Shown here: one piece after another, positions 63,690-64,000 of the stretch | How positions within the stretch are numbered: the stretch's first letter is position 1 | How the letters are laid out: every line of letters starts with the position of its first letter | Assembly (NCBI RefSeq): GCF_020745735.1 | Contig: NC_083410.1 | Coordinates: forward strand, 4,686,117-4,750,116 | DNA: 64,000 bases | Source of the DNA: Hemiscyllium ocellatum | Taxonomy: Eukaryota | Direction of reading: 5' to 3' | Position numbers and translations under genes: made by a program | The notes under the pieces: generated by a model | The model's database searches: none | What the model saw: the letters and a program-made list of their open reading frames with translations, nothing else | Told to the model about the DNA's origin: nothing

Positions 63690-64000
63690 TCTATCACCAT
63701 AAAACTAAAATCATTATTGAGTCTTCAATTGAGGGAAACAGCTGCTTTCTATTCATCCTGTCAATGCCCCTCATAATCTTGTACAGTTCTATCTGATTCC
63801 CCCCATCTCCATCCCAACCTTCTCTGCTCCAAAGAAAACAGGCCGAGCTTATCCAGCCTCTCTTCATCGCTGAAATGCTCCGTCCCAGGCAGCATCCTGG
63901 TGAATCTCCTGTACACCCTCTCCAACGCAATCCCATCCTTCTCAGAGTGTGCTGACCAGAACTGCGCACAGTACTCCAGTAGTGGCCTGACCAAAGTCCT
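63690..64000 (-). mobile_element. CR1 3' fragment running off the window
   Basis: [14 protein letters not shown]...RRFTRMLPG. Confidence 0.85.

Overview
Eukaryotic, repeat-rich DNA from a cartilaginous fish, judged by HE1-type SINEs, abundant CR1 LINEs and Penelope-derived repeats. The main content, invisible to the ORF track because it is split into small exons, is a tandem cluster of non-rearranging immunoglobulin-superfamily receptor genes on the + strand. Gene A is present as its 3' end only (629-3316). Gene B is complete (14171-50186). A third leader exon (gene C) starts at 57464. Manual splicing of gene B keeps phase at every junction and gives a 351-aa type I protein: a split leader, two germline-joined VJ-type Ig domains, an uncharged TM, a YEN(V/M) motif and an intrinsic ITAM (YTTL-x7-YSNL) split by an intron after Yx. 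The second V arose by a ~10 kb internal duplication in which the duplicated leader mini-exon lost its GT donor. The rest of the window is mainly Gmr1-order Gypsy remnants, a solo LTR in the gene C promoter, CR1, L1 and Penelope fragments, SINEs, palindromic hammerhead-like inserts, tandem repeats, and an unrelated CpG-rich promoter (CCAAT, heat-shock element, ETS) at about 61.4-61.7 kb. All exon calls come from reading splice signals and frames by eye. No family assignment or database search could be run.
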